Positions 63,508-64,000 of a stretch of 64,000 nt of DNA are shown here, one piece after another. A model generated the notes under the pieces. That model worked only from the letters and a program-made list of their open reading frames with translations. It searched no databases and had not been told where the DNA came from. Location of the stretch: NCBI GenBank assembly GCA_049724395.1, contig JAUGWO010000007.1, forward strand, positions 186,001-250,000, written 5' to 3'. Made by a program: the position numbers and the translations under genes. Numbering within the stretch: position 1 is the first letter of the stretch; every line of letters begins with the position of its first letter. The stretch comes from Spongospora subterranea f. sp. subterranea. Taxonomy: Eukaryota.

Positions 63508-64000
63508 CTTCCACTTCTCGCCCTGGGCTGGTGTACGGGTGTACAGTGTACACTCCGTACACATAAAGGGTGCAAAAAGGGCAACGACCGCATCACTGGC
63601 AAGATTTTTGTCCCTTGAAGACTTTGAAAAAAAAAATTTTGTCTGTCGAGTGAACACCAACAGTTCGCAATGTCGCTGGGGTGCCCCCATAATAGGATAA
63701 TGGGTAGTTCAGTCGAAGGCAAGGGGAAAATGGCAACTAATCCAGGTATGAAAACCTCGTGCAGAACCTACAGGCTGATTGGACGATGGTTCCTGCAGCC
63801 TTGCAGCCTTAGACACAGCGCCGTCAGATATGGACTCGAGCTCGGTAATAAGGTCCCGATCCGAGATTTTGACCCATGAGCGAGGTATTTCTTAAAGAAG
63901 GCGTGGCATGACATCTTTGACGGTCACATTGTGAGGGTTGCATATTCGACTTATGCTCCACAAAAGCCACACGACGCCGTCAAAGAAACCTCATTTAAGA

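Noticed and set aside
63730..64000. Possible 5' exons of a + strand gene (MATNP...)
   Set aside because: Truncated by the window edge with no recognisable domain, so not listed as a feature.
1..64000. tRNA, rRNA or snRNA genes
   Set aside because: No convincing cloverleaf or conserved RNA signature seen by eye; a tRNAscan-SE/Infernal run would be needed to exclude them.

Overview
Gene-dense eukaryotic DNA with many short (about 50-65 nt) GT-AG introns, from a flagellated protist. The compact genome style would fit a phytomyxid/plasmodiophorid such as Spongospora, but that assignment is inference only. The window holds about 25 protein-coding genes. Housekeeping genes include an RCC1-repeat protein, RRM protein, BT1 transporter, phospholipid methyltransferase, ABC1 kinase, SatP/Ato-type transporter, VAMP7, SC35, SEN2, CK1, cyclin T-like, adenosine kinase, POP1, mL43, SLC35B, V-ATPase G, TRAPPC6 and TMEM135. 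Three co-oriented flagellar genes lie in a row (kinesin-9/KIF6, outer-arm beta-type dynein heavy chain, and a CatSper-gamma-like protein), with DRC8/EFCAB2 about 10 kb further on. There are also decayed Ty1/copia, Penelope-like and chromodomain Ty3/gypsy remnants and three minisatellites. The most interesting item is the apparent CatSper-gamma-like auxiliary subunit of the sperm Ca2+ channel next to the dynein. Also notable are a possibly self-priming LTR with an inverted copy, a 7-mer higher-order minisatellite, and eight insertion-type frameshifts that are probably assembly errors. Exon boundaries were inferred by eye, and protein family calls rest on remembered motifs rather than database searches.
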